From IMG/VR virus record IMGVR_UViG_3300020420_000671: a stretch of DNA of 64,000 bases; one strand, 5' to 3'. Below the pieces are notes generated by a model. That model was given only the letters and a program-made list of their open reading frames with translations. It was not told the origin of the DNA and made no database searches. Below are positions 53,999 to 63,592 of the stretch, in pieces. Every line of letters starts with the position of its first letter. The first letter of the stretch is position 1. This DNA is from a virus (Duplodnaviria > Caudoviricetes). The translations under genes and the position numbers were made by a program.

Positions 53999-55087
53999 AT
54001 GGAAAATATCGCACTAAGAACAGTTAGTCCGAACGGAGCCAAAAGAAGCATCCGTAGGGCATTCAAGAAGAAAAGACCAATTTTTATTTGGGGACCTCCA
54101 GGCATTGGTAAGTCTGAAGTAGTTCACCAGATTGGTGATGAATACAAGAAAGCTCTTGTAATAGACATTAGACTTTCATTATGGGAACCTACAGACATTA
54201 AAGGTATTCCATATTTTGATAGCAATGCTGGTACAATGGTTTGGGCACCACCATCAGAGCTTCCAGACGAAGCAACTGCTAAAAAATATGAAGTAGTTAT
54301 TTTGTTTATGGACGAAATGAATTCTGCTCCGCCGGCAGTACAAGCGGCGGCTTATCAGCTTATATTAAACAGACGTGTTGGCACATATCATTTGCCAGAT
54401 AACGTTGTTATTGTTGCGGCTGGTAACAGAGATGCTGACAAAGGTGTTACTTATAGAATGCCTGCTCCGTTGGCAAACAGATTTGTACACCTAGAAATGA
54501 AAGTTGATTTTGAGGATTGGTTACAATGGGCCGCCGAACATCAATTACATTCAGACGTTGTAGGTTATTTGACTTTCGCAAAGAAAGACTTGTATGACTT
54601 TGATCCTAAAAGTCCAAGTCGTTCCTTTGCTACACCGCGTTCTTGGTCATTTGTTTCCGAATTACTGGAAGACGATGATGACGAGAATACCACTACCGAT
54701 TTGGTAAGTGGTGCCGTAGGAGAAGGACTTGCCGTTAAGTTTATGGCGCATCGTAAGGTTGCTTCGAAACTCCCTCAACCAATTGACATCTTAGATGGCA
54801 AGGTAAAGGAGTTAGAGACTAAAGAAATCAGTGCCATGTATTCCTTAACAGTCTCTTTATGCTATGAACTGAAAGAAGCCTGTGATAAAAAGGATAAAAA
54901 GTTTGATACGAAAGTTAATAACTTCCTTAGATTCGCAATGGATAATTTTGATACAGAATTGGTTGTAATGGGTATTAAGTTAGCCCTCACACAATACTCA
55001 CTACCAATTGACCCAGATGAGGTTGACTGTTTCGATGAGTTCCATAACAGGTTTGGTAAGTACGTAACTGCGGCTCAAAGTGCATAA
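53999..55087 (+). CDS. MoxR-like AAA+ ATPase
   Basis: GPPGIGKS, FMDEMN, AAGN, LANRF, TPRSW. Confidence 0.88.
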   Translation: MENIALRTVSPNGAKRSIRRAFKKKRPIFIWGPPGIGKSEVVHQIGDEYKKALVIDIRLSLWEPTDIKGIPYFDSNAGTMVWAPPSELPDEATAKKYEVVILFMDEMNSAPPAVQAAAYQLILNRRVGTYHLPDNVVIVAAGNRDADKGVTYRMPAPLANRFVHLEMKVDFEDWLQWAAEHQLHSDVVGYLTFAKKDLYDFDPKSPSRSFATPRSWSFVSELLEDDDDENTTTDLVSGAVGEGLAVKFMAHRKVASKLPQPIDILDGKVKELETKEISAMYSLTVSLCYELKEACDKKDKKFDTKVNNFLRFAMDNFDTELVVMGIKLALTQYSLPIDPDEVDCFDEFHNRFGKYVTAAQSA

Positions 55088-55101
55088 TAGCACTGGGAGT
55101 T

Positions 55102-55133
55102 TGGGCGTCTCCTTTAAAAAACGCCCATTTTTT
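55102..55133 (+). terminator. Intrinsic terminator
   Basis: TGGGCGT/ACGCCCA stem followed by a T6 run. Confidence 0.7.
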
Positions 55134-55136
55134 CAC

Positions 55137-55165
55137 TTGACAAATGATGAAAAATGTTGTATATT
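55137..55165 (+). promoter_or_regulatory. Sigma70-type promoter
   Basis: TTGACA-17 nt-TATATT. Confidence 0.6.
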
Positions 55166-55196
55166 AAATATATAATAAGGCAATACGGAGAGGCAC

Positions 55197-56465
55197 ATGA
55201 CAATAGATACTAAAGGATTTGAACCAAAAAAGCTCACAAAAGAAGAGCTAGAGGTAATGAGAGCAGACGTTGCTGATAGAATTATCGTAGCAAGAGTTGG
55301 TTTATTACTACGACATCCGTTCTTTGGTAACATGGCAACTAGACTTAAAGTTGAAAACTGTGATGCTTGGTGCCCTACTGCCGCTACAGACGGTAAGCAT
55401 TTATTTTACAATACACAATTTTTTAATGCTCTTTCTAACAAGGAAATAGAGTTTGTTATAGCACATGAAATACTTCATTGTGTTTTTGATCACATTATAA
55501 GAAGAGAAGATAGAGATCCAGAAATATACAATATTGCTTGTGACTATATTGTAAACAATACACTGGTCCGTGATAAAATAGGTGATCCTGTAAAAATGAT
55601 TCCAATATATCAAGACTGGAAATATGATAACTGGCAATCAGAAGCAGTATACGATGATATTTACGAAAAGGCAAAAGAGAACGGTAAAAAGTTCTTAGAA
55701 CAAATGGGTCAGTTACTTGATGAACATATTGATTGGGAAAAGAAGCCTGGACAAAGTAAAAAAGGTAAAGGTGGAAAAGGGCAACAACGTCCATATTACA
55801 CAAAAGATGAAATGAAAAAGATTAGAGATCAGGTTAAAGAAAACATGATTTCTGCGGCACAATCCGCTGGTGCTGGTAATGTTCCTGCTGAAATAGAAAG
55901 AATGATAAAGGAACTAACAGAACCAAAAATGAATTGGAGAGAAATACTAAGACAGCAAATACAGGCAACTATAAGAAACGATTATACTTTTAGTCGACCT
56001 AGTAGAAAAGGTTGGCATACTGGTGTTGTATTGCCAGGTATGAATTTTGATCAACAAATAGATTGTGCTATTGCTTTTGACATGTCAGGTTCTATTGGAG
56101 ATGATCAAGCAAAAGACTTCCTATCAGAAGTAAAGGGCATAATGGATGAATTCAAAGAATACAATGTTAAGTTGTGGTGTTTTGATACAGCCGTGTATAA
56201 TGAACAGGATTTTTCCAGCACAGACGGGGAAGACTTTTCAAACTATCAACCCATTGGTGGCGGCGGTACAGAGTTTATGTGTAATTGGGAATACATGAAA
56301 GAACATGATATACAACCTAAAAAGTTGATTATGTTTACAGATGGTTATCCTTTTGGTAGTTGGGGTGAAGATGATTACTGTGATACAGTCTTTGTAATTC
56401 ATGGACATCATGATAAAAACTTTACTGCTCCTTTTGGAATAACTGCCCATTATGAGGATGCCTAA
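55197..56465 (+). CDS. Metallopeptidase-like plus VWA domain protein (MoxR partner)
   Basis: TAATDG, AHEILH (HExxH), DMSGS MIDAS, GGGT, FTDG. Confidence 0.85.
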   Translation: MTIDTKGFEPKKLTKEELEVMRADVADRIIVARVGLLLRHPFFGNMATRLKVENCDAWCPTAATDGKHLFYNTQFFNALSNKEIEFVIAHEILHCVFDHIIRREDRDPEIYNIACDYIVNNTLVRDKIGDPVKMIPIYQDWKYDNWQSEAVYDDIYEKAKENGKKFLEQMGQLLDEHIDWEKKPGQSKKGKGGKGQQRPYYTKDEMKKIRDQVKENMISAAQSAGAGNVPAEIERMIKELTEPKMNWREILRQQIQATIRNDYTFSRPSRKGWHTGVVLPGMNFDQQIDCAIAFDMSGSIGDDQAKDFLSEVKGIMDEFKEYNVKLWCFDTAVYNEQDFSSTDGEDFSNYQPIGGGGTEFMCNWEYMKEHDIQPKKLIMFTDGYPFGSWGEDDYCDTVFVIHGHHDKNFTAPFGITAHYEDA

Positions 56466-56471
56466 TATTAT

Positions 56472-56753
56472 ATGAAATTAGAATACAAACTAAATCCACA
56501 AGATTATTTTAAGTTTAGGAAACTTAATCACCAGTCACCTCATTTGGCTGTAATTGACCTACCACTAAAATATAATATCCAAAATGCTATAGAAACTTGG
56601 ATAGATTCAAATCTTAAAAACAGATATTTTATTGGAAAATCAATAGGCTTAACCAAAAGTAATAGCATTGATCAAGTTCTTAGAGTAGGATTTGAGGATC
56701 CAAAAGAGCTGTCTTTTTTCGTTTTAGCTTGTCCACTTTTGAAGTACAAGTAA
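56472..56753 (+). CDS. Hypothetical protein
   Basis: 93-aa ORF. Confidence 0.6.
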   Translation: MKLEYKLNPQDYFKFRKLNHQSPHLAVIDLPLKYNIQNAIETWIDSNLKNRYFIGKSIGLTKSNSIDQVLRVGFEDPKELSFFVLACPLLKYK

Positions 56754-56792
56754 ATACTGAGCAGATAATTACTATATAAAGGAGTATAAAAT

Positions 56793-57086
56793 ATGTCTGA
56801 AAACACAACTGTACAAGGTACAAAACCCGCTGAAGCACCTACTGGAGCACCGGCTCAAGGCACACCGCCTGCTGGATCACCTGTAGAACTTACAGTACAA
56901 GATCTTGGAGTTATTAAATCCATTATCGATGTTGCTTCACAGAGGGGTGCTTTTAGAGCAAATGAAATGGAAGCCGTTGGCAAAACTTTTAACAAACTGG
57001 ACTCATTCCTTTCAACTGTTCAAAAAGCTGAAGAAGAAGCAAAAAAGGCCAACGAAGGCAAAGAAGAGTCTAAAGGAGACAAATAA
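56793..57086 (+). CDS. Hypothetical phage protein
   Basis: LTVQDL...RGAFRANE; late box GTAAATA at 56750. Confidence 0.65.
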   Translation: MSENTTVQGTKPAEAPTGAPAQGTPPAGSPVELTVQDLGVIKSIIDVASQRGAFRANEMEAVGKTFNKLDSFLSTVQKAEEEAKKANEGKEESKGDK

Positions 57087-57742
57087 TGGCTGATATAAAA
57101 CACGTAGGTCGACTTAAAGCAAACCAACGAAAGGTTGTTGTCGCTTACAAAGTCATACCAAATGAAGATCCAGCAGTAAGTGCATTGATAATTGATACGG
57201 CAACTTTAGAAGATGCTGATCACGATGCTTTAATTAATACTGTCCAAGGTAACGCAGGCCAGTCAGCATTTGAATTTGCTGAAGTAATGGCAAGAAGCAC
57301 ATTACCTGATGGTTCGAACATGTTAGCTAGATTCCATGCTACTGGAAAATTAGTTAAAGTTCCGCACACTTCAGTTGAAATGATGCCTAATCCAAACACA
57401 ATGATAGGGTTAGATGAATTAGTGAAAATTATTGCTGAACAAAGAGGCACAACTGTTGCAGGTTTGGCTATGGAAGATCCAAACAAATTGCCAGAAGGCA
57501 CAACAATTACAGAAGCTGGTTCAGTAAGCGAGATGCCAAAAACATCAAACGTAGCGGCTGAAGCACAGGCGGCAAGTATTCAAGCCCCAGACAACGCGGC
57601 ATTATCAGATGAGCAATTAGCGGCGAGCTATAGATCTCAAGCTGATAGACTTTATAAAGAAGCAAAAAGTCTTAGAGAACAAGCTGAAGAGCTAGTTCCT
57701 ACTAAAAAGAAAAGCAAAGCCAGTGTCAAAGCGGCTTCCTGA
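57086..57742 (+). CDS. Hypothetical phage protein
   Basis: 218-aa coupled ORF. Confidence 0.65.
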   Translation: MADIKHVGRLKANQRKVVVAYKVIPNEDPAVSALIIDTATLEDADHDALINTVQGNAGQSAFEFAEVMARSTLPDGSNMLARFHATGKLVKVPHTSVEMMPNPNTMIGLDELVKIIAEQRGTTVAGLAMEDPNKLPEGTTITEAGSVSEMPKTSNVAAEAQAASIQAPDNAALSDEQLAASYRSQADRLYKEAKSLREQAEELVPTKKKSKASVKAAS

Positions 57743-58040
57743 TGATGTAATAAAGCATTGGCCAGACGTTTTCAAAGATATTGATATTCACACTATCCCC
57801 ATAAACTATCTTAGTTCTATTAAGGTAGAGTTTAAAAAAGGTAGAGTATGGGAGATAGATTGTAATGCTAAAAGAGAAACTGGCGCTGATCTAGACAAAA
57901 GCATATCAGATCTATTTAAACAGTACGGAGACGATATATTACACGTCGATTTTAGGCTTAATACACCTAGACTTAAGAGGGACATAGAAAAACGTACTAG
58001 AGCATTCCTAAAAAACCCAAGAAAAAAGAGAACACGATAA
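57723..58040 (+). CDS. Hypothetical phage protein
   Basis: GTG start, 105 aa. Confidence 0.55.
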   Translation: MSKRLPDDVIKHWPDVFKDIDIHTIPINYLSSIKVEFKKGRVWEIDCNAKRETGADLDKSISDLFKQYGDDILHVDFRLNTPRLKRDIEKRTRAFLKNPRKKRTR

Positions 58041-58086
58041 TTGATTAATGTGATAAATATATATAACAATGAATTAGGAGTATTAG

Positions 58087-59184
58087 ATGGGTACTTTAAG
58101 ACTTAAAAGAGGAACAAAAGAAGCACTACAAACCAACCCGGGTTTTACACCTGCGGAGGGTGAACTTGTTTATACAACCGATAGCAAAGAGGTATTTGTA
58201 GGCGATGGTGCCACACAAGGTGGCATAGCAGTTTCAGTATCCACACAGAACCTAGAAGATTTAGGTAACGTTCAAGCACTAGCGGCACAAAAAGACCAAA
58301 TATTAGTATATACAGGATCTAATTGGGCGGCGACAGACAATCCAGCAGTAGACATACGTGGTAACATTTACGGTGATGATTCAACACTATTAGTTGATGC
58401 TATCAACGGAAAAATAGTAGGACCAGTTGAAACTTCAACTGTAGCGGCAACTACACTAACAGGAAACCTTACAGGTGATACTAACGGATCACATACAGGC
58501 GGAGTAGTAGGTGATGTTGTAGGTAATGTAGTAGGAACTATCACTGGTTCATTAACAGGTACTATGACCGGTTCAGTGTTTGGTGACGACAGTTCAGGAT
58601 TACTAGTAGACGGTATCAATAACAAAATTACTGGTGCTATTAATGCTATGAATGTTTCAACCTTTGATAATACTATCAACATAGGTACAAAAGTAGCTAA
58701 TCCAGCTTTTAATTATAACACAACGTCAACAAACGGTTCTTTTCCACAATCAACTATACAGATAAGAAATGTACATAACGATGTAACAGCAGACGAATTA
58801 GGTCTTTTCAGATCCAGAGGAACTTTAGGAGCAAGAACAACTGTACAAGCAAATGATGTAATAGGTGGATTTGGTTGGTCAGCATATGATGGAGCATCAG
58901 TTTTAATTGGTGCGAACATGAATAGTGTTATTAATAGTGTTTCCGCTAATAATCTATCAGCAGATTTAATTATTAGAACAAGAAACGGTGCTATATCAAC
59001 ATACGGCGAAGCAATGAGAATCAAAGCAGATAAAGGTGTGACAACAGCAAGTTACGTCCAGTTTGGTAGTTTAACAACTACACAAAGAGATGCTCTAACA
59101 GCCGCGAATGGTATGGTGATATATAATTCTACAGATAATAAGTTCCAAGGCTATGAAAATGGTGCTTGGGCTAATTTAATTTAA
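58087..59184 (+). CDS. Tail-fibre-like virion protein
   Basis: LRLKRGT...PAEGELVYTTDSKEVFVGDG N-terminal anchor, two GDDS repeats, GxVxG beta repeats, C-terminal LTTTQRDAL...GMVIYN; late box at 58052. Confidence 0.65.
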   Translation: MGTLRLKRGTKEALQTNPGFTPAEGELVYTTDSKEVFVGDGATQGGIAVSVSTQNLEDLGNVQALAAQKDQILVYTGSNWAATDNPAVDIRGNIYGDDSTLLVDAINGKIVGPVETSTVAATTLTGNLTGDTNGSHTGGVVGDVVGNVVGTITGSLTGTMTGSVFGDDSSGLLVDGINNKITGAINAMNVSTFDNTINIGTKVANPAFNYNTTSTNGSFPQSTIQIRNVHNDVTADELGLFRSRGTLGARTTVQANDVIGGFGWSAYDGASVLIGANMNSVINSVSANNLSADLIIRTRNGAISTYGEAMRIKADKGVTTASYVQFGSLTTTQRDALTAANGMVIYNSTDNKFQGYENGAWANLI

Positions 59185-59755
59185 ATAATTTACCCTTATC
59201 ATATAAATCAACAATTTCACCAAAAGGTATATCTGTACTAAATTGGCAATGAAATCTATAATCATTTGTCTCGTTTGTAGCATTATGATATTCTAACAAG
59301 TTAAAAATCACAGCAGTATGATCTTGATAATTTATAGTTTCCTGTAATTTAAATTTAGCATTATCGTAATCATTGTACTCCCCCTCCTCTAAAGTCCAAA
59401 ACTTTGTTGGTCCGAAACTACGAATATCTAAAGGATAAACAGGAATACTAATTACACTTACTCTTGGCACAAAAGGATTCTTTTGGTCTACATGAATCTT
59501 TCCTATGGTAAAAGGCGTTTGTCCTAGTATTTCATAGTGTACATCAACCATAAACTTTTTGCCAATTTCATCCATAAGTTCTGTAGGAATCAAATCTCTA
59601 GGACAATACCAATTCCAATCTGTTTTACCATACTTGTCTGGCTTTGTACCAGTATAAGCAAAATTGTCTTTGTGTTTCAGTATATGATCTGCTAATTTAG
59701 ATCTAGTTTCTTTACAGAAAGTTAATTCTTTTATGTGTTGATAATAAGGTCTCAT
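59171..59755 (-). CDS. 2OG-Fe(II) oxygenase-like protein
   Basis: IHVD...YHNA...R HxD...H facial triad. Confidence 0.55.
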   Translation of the reverse strand: MRPYYQHIKELTFCKETRSKLADHILKHKDNFAYTGTKPDKYGKTDWNWYCPRDLIPTELMDEIGKKFMVDVHYEILGQTPFTIGKIHVDQKNPFVPRVSVISIPVYPLDIRSFGPTKFWTLEEGEYNDYDNAKFKLQETINYQDHTAVIFNLLEYHNATNETNDYRFHCQFSTDIPFGEIVDLYDKGKLFKLN

Positions 59756-60312
59756 TTATTTCTCTCTTTAATTTTTTGCTTAACATCCTCGTAAGAGTCC
59801 TTAGTAAAACGTAATGTATATAACACCCTTTTCATATCAGTTTGAACCGGAACACTATGTGGAATAGTTATGTTTAACAATGCTATGTCATAAAAATCTT
59901 CATTGTAGCCTTTGAATACAACCGGTGTGTGGCCGCCCTGTAGCACAAAATTAATCTTACAGGTAGTTCCAGGATCAGTATGTAGAAGCACCTCTGTGTT
60001 CTTCTCCTGTGTAAGAAAATTTGATTTGATATCATCAGTGTCGCACATTGTTTTAAATAATGCTAATATGCGTCTGCTTTCTGAAATATCAAACTCACTT
60101 GTTTTAGGTTCTCTTGATGCGTTCCAGGATGTCTGCTCTTCCCACCATTGTCCGTTATTCTCAATAAAAGACAAATCATCATTATGTATCTCATCGCTAG
60201 ATCTTGTTAAAAAATTTTGTTTGTTAACAGGTTTGTAATTAAACACCTTTGACTCTTGTAATAGTTTATTTTTATCAAAATCAATTTTAAATTTATATAA
60301 ACAGTTCTCCAT
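59752..60312 (-). CDS. 2OG-Fe(II) oxygenase-like protein (paralogue A)
   Basis: LHTD...HSV...R. Confidence 0.55.
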   Translation of the reverse strand: MENCLYKFKIDFDKNKLLQESKVFNYKPVNKQNFLTRSSDEIHNDDLSFIENNGQWWEEQTSWNASREPKTSEFDISESRRILALFKTMCDTDDIKSNFLTQEKNTEVLLHTDPGTTCKINFVLQGGHTPVVFKGYNEDFYDIALLNITIPHSVPVQTDMKRVLYTLRFTKDSYEDVKQKIKERNK

Positions 60313-60315
60313 TTA

Positions 60316-60888
60316 CTATCTCCACATCGGATAATTATTTTGAATACATTGCTTTATCTCATCGAAAGTATGATGTGTAAAACGTAATTTGAATAATATT
60401 CTATTTTGATCTTTTTGTACTGGCACACTATGATTCACACTTACATTCAATAATGCTGTATCATAATATTCATCTGCGTATCCTTCAAAATTAATAGGAG
60501 TTTGCCCTCCTTCTAAAATAAAATTTATAGCACATAAGGTTCCTACGTCTGTATGTGTAGGTACTTCTGACCCTTGTGTCTGTGTTAAAAAGTTAGCTTT
60601 GATTTTATCTGTTTTACATATTTCTTTCATTAACTTTGTTATACGTATACTCTCTGAAAGATCAACTTTTTCTGACATAGGTTCTCTTGAAGCCGCCCAT
60701 GATTCTTGTTCTGTCCACCATTTATCATCCTTTTCAATAAAAGAAATATCATCGTTAAATTCTATTCCTTCATTGTATATCCATGTTAAAGTCTCTTTGT
60801 TGATCGGTTTATAATTGAAAACCTTAGATTCTTCTATAAGTTTTTCCTTGTCATGATCCATTTTAAATTTATAAAGGCAATTCTCCAT
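60316..60888 (-). CDS. 2OG-Fe(II) oxygenase-like protein (paralogue B)
   Basis: THTD...HSV...R; N-terminus closely matches paralogue A. Confidence 0.55.
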   Translation of the reverse strand: MENCLYKFKMDHDKEKLIEESKVFNYKPINKETLTWIYNEGIEFNDDISFIEKDDKWWTEQESWAASREPMSEKVDLSESIRITKLMKEICKTDKIKANFLTQTQGSEVPTHTDVGTLCAINFILEGGQTPINFEGYADEYYDTALLNVSVNHSVPVQKDQNRILFKLRFTHHTFDEIKQCIQNNYPMWR

Positions 60889-61599
60889 TTATTTTTTCCT
60901 ACCTAGGTAATACATTCTATTTGCCATATCTAAAGCTACTATATCCCCTGTAGCAAACCAATCATCATATATACAAGTATCTCCTTTTACATAAAGTTCA
61001 TGATCAATTATTTTCCAGTCACAATAAAATTTATTTCCTAAAATTGTATAACCTTCAAAACATCTTTCCTTTACGTATTTTACATATTCTAAATTATCAA
61101 ATTCTATATTAATAGTGATAGGCCCTATTTCACTCATTCCCCAATTTGGTTGTACTATTGCTCCTCTTTCTACAAACGACTCTATCATTTCCCAAGACAC
61201 AGGATCACTTCCACCTAATATTCTTTTTCCAGATAGATCACAATCCTTAAATCCTTTTGTATTCATCAATGCTTTCATTTGAGCAGGTGCTAAGAAAGTA
61301 TGTGTGTAATGTTCTAAATTTTTTAAGAAAGTAAAAGGATTAAATTTATTTAATACTGTTACTTCTGCGTTTACACTAAAAGCTGGTAAACTTTGTGCTA
61401 ATAAACCACCAGCATGACTCATCCTAGTCACAGTTAATATTTTACTGGTTACTGATATTTTCTGAGCTTCTACAGCTACCTTATTTGCCGCTTTGAGATT
61501 TTCTGGTGTTCTAAAAATTTCTTTGGCAGGACCTGTTGTGCCACTACTAGAAATGGTTACACCCTCTTCCAAAATTTTTCCAAAATCAATCATTTTCAT
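60889..61599 (-). CDS. Truncated adenylate-forming (AMP-binding, ANL family) enzyme
   Basis: SSSGTTGPAK P-loop, WGMSE, WFATGD, YLGRK; lacks the N-terminal subdomain and C-terminal lid. Confidence 0.75.
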   Translation of the reverse strand: MKMIDFGKILEEGVTISSSGTTGPAKEIFRTPENLKAANKVAVEAQKISVTSKILTVTRMSHAGGLLAQSLPAFSVNAEVTVLNKFNPFTFLKNLEHYTHTFLAPAQMKALMNTKGFKDCDLSGKRILGGSDPVSWEMIESFVERGAIVQPNWGMSEIGPITINIEFDNLEYVKYVKERCFEGYTILGNKFYCDWKIIDHELYVKGDTCIYDDWFATGDIVALDMANRMYYLGRKK

Positions 61600-62632
61600 A
61601 TCTTTCCAAACTATTATTGATTTGATTATTCACTTTAATAAACGTGCAAAGCTCATATAAGCGGTTTATGTGTTCTGCGCCTACATACGTACATGTACTC
61701 CTTAAACCCCCTTGTAACTGCTTTAAAATGCGTTTAATAGGCCCTTTACAGGGTATTAACAAGTCTCTACCTTCGTTAGGTTTGTAGTCCATTTCGTCTG
61801 GATTTGTTTTATTGTACATTTTGGTACTGCCCAATCCATATAAATTCACATAGTGTTTTCCATCTATTTCTACCTGGTTATCACACTCATCACTACCACT
61901 TACCATACCTGCTATCATAACAATTTTGGCTCCTGCTCCTATTGCTTTCGCAACATCACCCGGAGTTACACAACCTCCATCAGATATAATATCCAATCCA
62001 AATTTTGTTGCTTCAGGATAACAATCCATGATAGCACTCAATTGTGGTACACCGACTCCGACTTCTGATCTTGTTTTACAAGCCGCTCCACTGCCTACAC
62101 CTACCTTTATTAAATTTGCTCCTGCCATTGCTAATTTTTTAATTACTGATGGAGTTGCTATGTTTCCGGCACAAATTTTTATGTGAGGAAATTCTTTTCT
62201 AAATTGTTTAATTGTTTCTACCATTCCTTCAACATTAGCATACACATTAGCAATATCAATATTAATAATTCCTACGTCCGGAAAATGAGATATTATTTTA
62301 ATTGTTTTTTCTCTATCCTTAGGACGCACACCGCTTGTTATAGCAATGTATCTTCTATCTTCTATTTCTTGTAAATGCTTCAGATGATCTTCTAACTTAT
62401 ATTCTTTATGTATGAAAGTAAAAAATCGCAATGGTGTAAGAATTTTTGCTATGTTATATGTGCCAGTGCTTGTCATATTAGCAACTGCGATAGGATGGAC
62501 TGTAGTATCTAACCAGTCAATCTCTATGTTTATATCTTTACGTGTGAGTGATTTAGATGCCTCACGAGGTTCTATTAATACATCTTTAAAGTCTAATTTT
62601 GTATCTTGTTTTACTTTAATATTCATTTTCAT
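61586..62632 (-). CDS. guaC: GMP reductase
   Basis: KLDFKDVLIEP, ANM, IDIAN, KVGVGSGAACKTR, ISDGG, GGLRSTCTYVGA. Confidence 0.88.
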   Translation of the reverse strand: MKMNIKVKQDTKLDFKDVLIEPREASKSLTRKDINIEIDWLDTTVHPIAVANMTSTGTYNIAKILTPLRFFTFIHKEYKLEDHLKHLQEIEDRRYIAITSGVRPKDREKTIKIISHFPDVGIINIDIANVYANVEGMVETIKQFRKEFPHIKICAGNIATPSVIKKLAMAGANLIKVGVGSGAACKTRSEVGVGVPQLSAIMDCYPEATKFGLDIISDGGCVTPGDVAKAIGAGAKIVMIAGMVSGSDECDNQVEIDGKHYVNLYGLGSTKMYNKTNPDEMDYKPNEGRDLLIPCKGPIKRILKQLQGGLRSTCTYVGAEHINRLYELCTFIKVNNQINNSLERYEND

Positions 62633-63548
62633 TCATTTTTACATGTTCATAAAAAGGAGCTAACTTCCAATCTTTTGTAATTCTTCCTCTACGTGTGCTT
62701 CCAGGATCAGGAATACCTACTTCATTATCTGTATCCCAATCTGTTATTTTTACCCATTGCCCTTTGTATCTTTCTTTGTTACTAGGATCTAATGGAAATT
62801 CTATTGTGCCGGGTTCAACTACATTACTATATCTATGAGGCTTACCATAATGACTCCAAATATAATCTTCTGTAAAATTTAATTGATCAGCACAAAGTTT
62901 TACCATGTCCTTCATTTTTAAATTCTCATCAGCTTCTTTTTGATATCTTCCAAGTTGTCCTACATTTTTAAAACGTAAAGTTATATCAGGAACCTTTTCT
63001 CTAGTAATTAAATCGAGAGCGGCCGCTGGTGCTTCTTCATTTATACCTTTAACTAAAATTATTCCTGCGTTCATGTTAAATTTATCTTTACAATTTTTAA
63101 ATGCTTTTATTTTTTTTGTGGCACATCTCATTTCATCTATTTGCTCGTACCAGTCATCATTATCTATTCCATTAAGACTCATGTAAACATGTTTCAATCC
63201 AGTGGCTTCTATTTTATCTACAAAAGATTGGCTAGCCATTCTCAATCCATTTGTAATCAAAATACAATTATGTCCATACTTAAATCCAATGTTTATAAAA
63301 TCTACAAGCTGTGGATGTAGTGTTGGTTCTGCTCCAACGATACGTAGCATAATTGGTTTAGGAAGTTTAGAAACAAATTTTTCATATGGCTCTACTTCCA
63401 TATCAGGTATGAATCTATTTGGAACATAACAGTTTTTACATTCCATATTACAGCGATGAGTTATGTCAGTAACAACATCAAAAAAAGAATTATTTTCAGG
63501 CTCAACTTCATAATAATTCATATTGTTAAGATCTATTTGTTTTGTCAT
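62616..63548 (-). CDS. Radical SAM protein (MoaA-like)
   Basis: CNMECKNC CxxxCxxC, GAEPTLH, ITNG, MSLNG. Confidence 0.85.
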   Translation of the reverse strand: MTKQIDLNNMNYYEVEPENNSFFDVVTDITHRCNMECKNCYVPNRFIPDMEVEPYEKFVSKLPKPIMLRIVGAEPTLHPQLVDFINIGFKYGHNCILITNGLRMASQSFVDKIEATGLKHVYMSLNGIDNDDWYEQIDEMRCATKKIKAFKNCKDKFNMNAGIILVKGINEEAPAAALDLITREKVPDITLRFKNVGQLGRYQKEADENLKMKDMVKLCADQLNFTEDYIWSHYGKPHRYSNVVEPGTIEFPLDPSNKERYKGQWVKITDWDTDNEVGIPDPGSTRRGRITKDWKLAPFYEHVKMNENEY

Positions 63549-63568
63549 ATAGGTGCTCTTTTACAAAG

Positions 63569-63587
63569 TATTTATAGGATATAAATA
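63569..63587. promoter_or_regulatory. Back-to-back divergent late promoters
   Basis: TATTTATA (63569-63576; TATAAATA on the minus strand) and TATAAATA (63580-63587; plus strand). Confidence 0.6.
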
Positions 63588-63592
63588 TACGT

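Noticed and set aside
805-63429. Numerous antisense or nested ORFs in the six-frame track
   Set aside because: They are shadows of well-supported genes on the opposite strand, with no SD or recognisable motifs.
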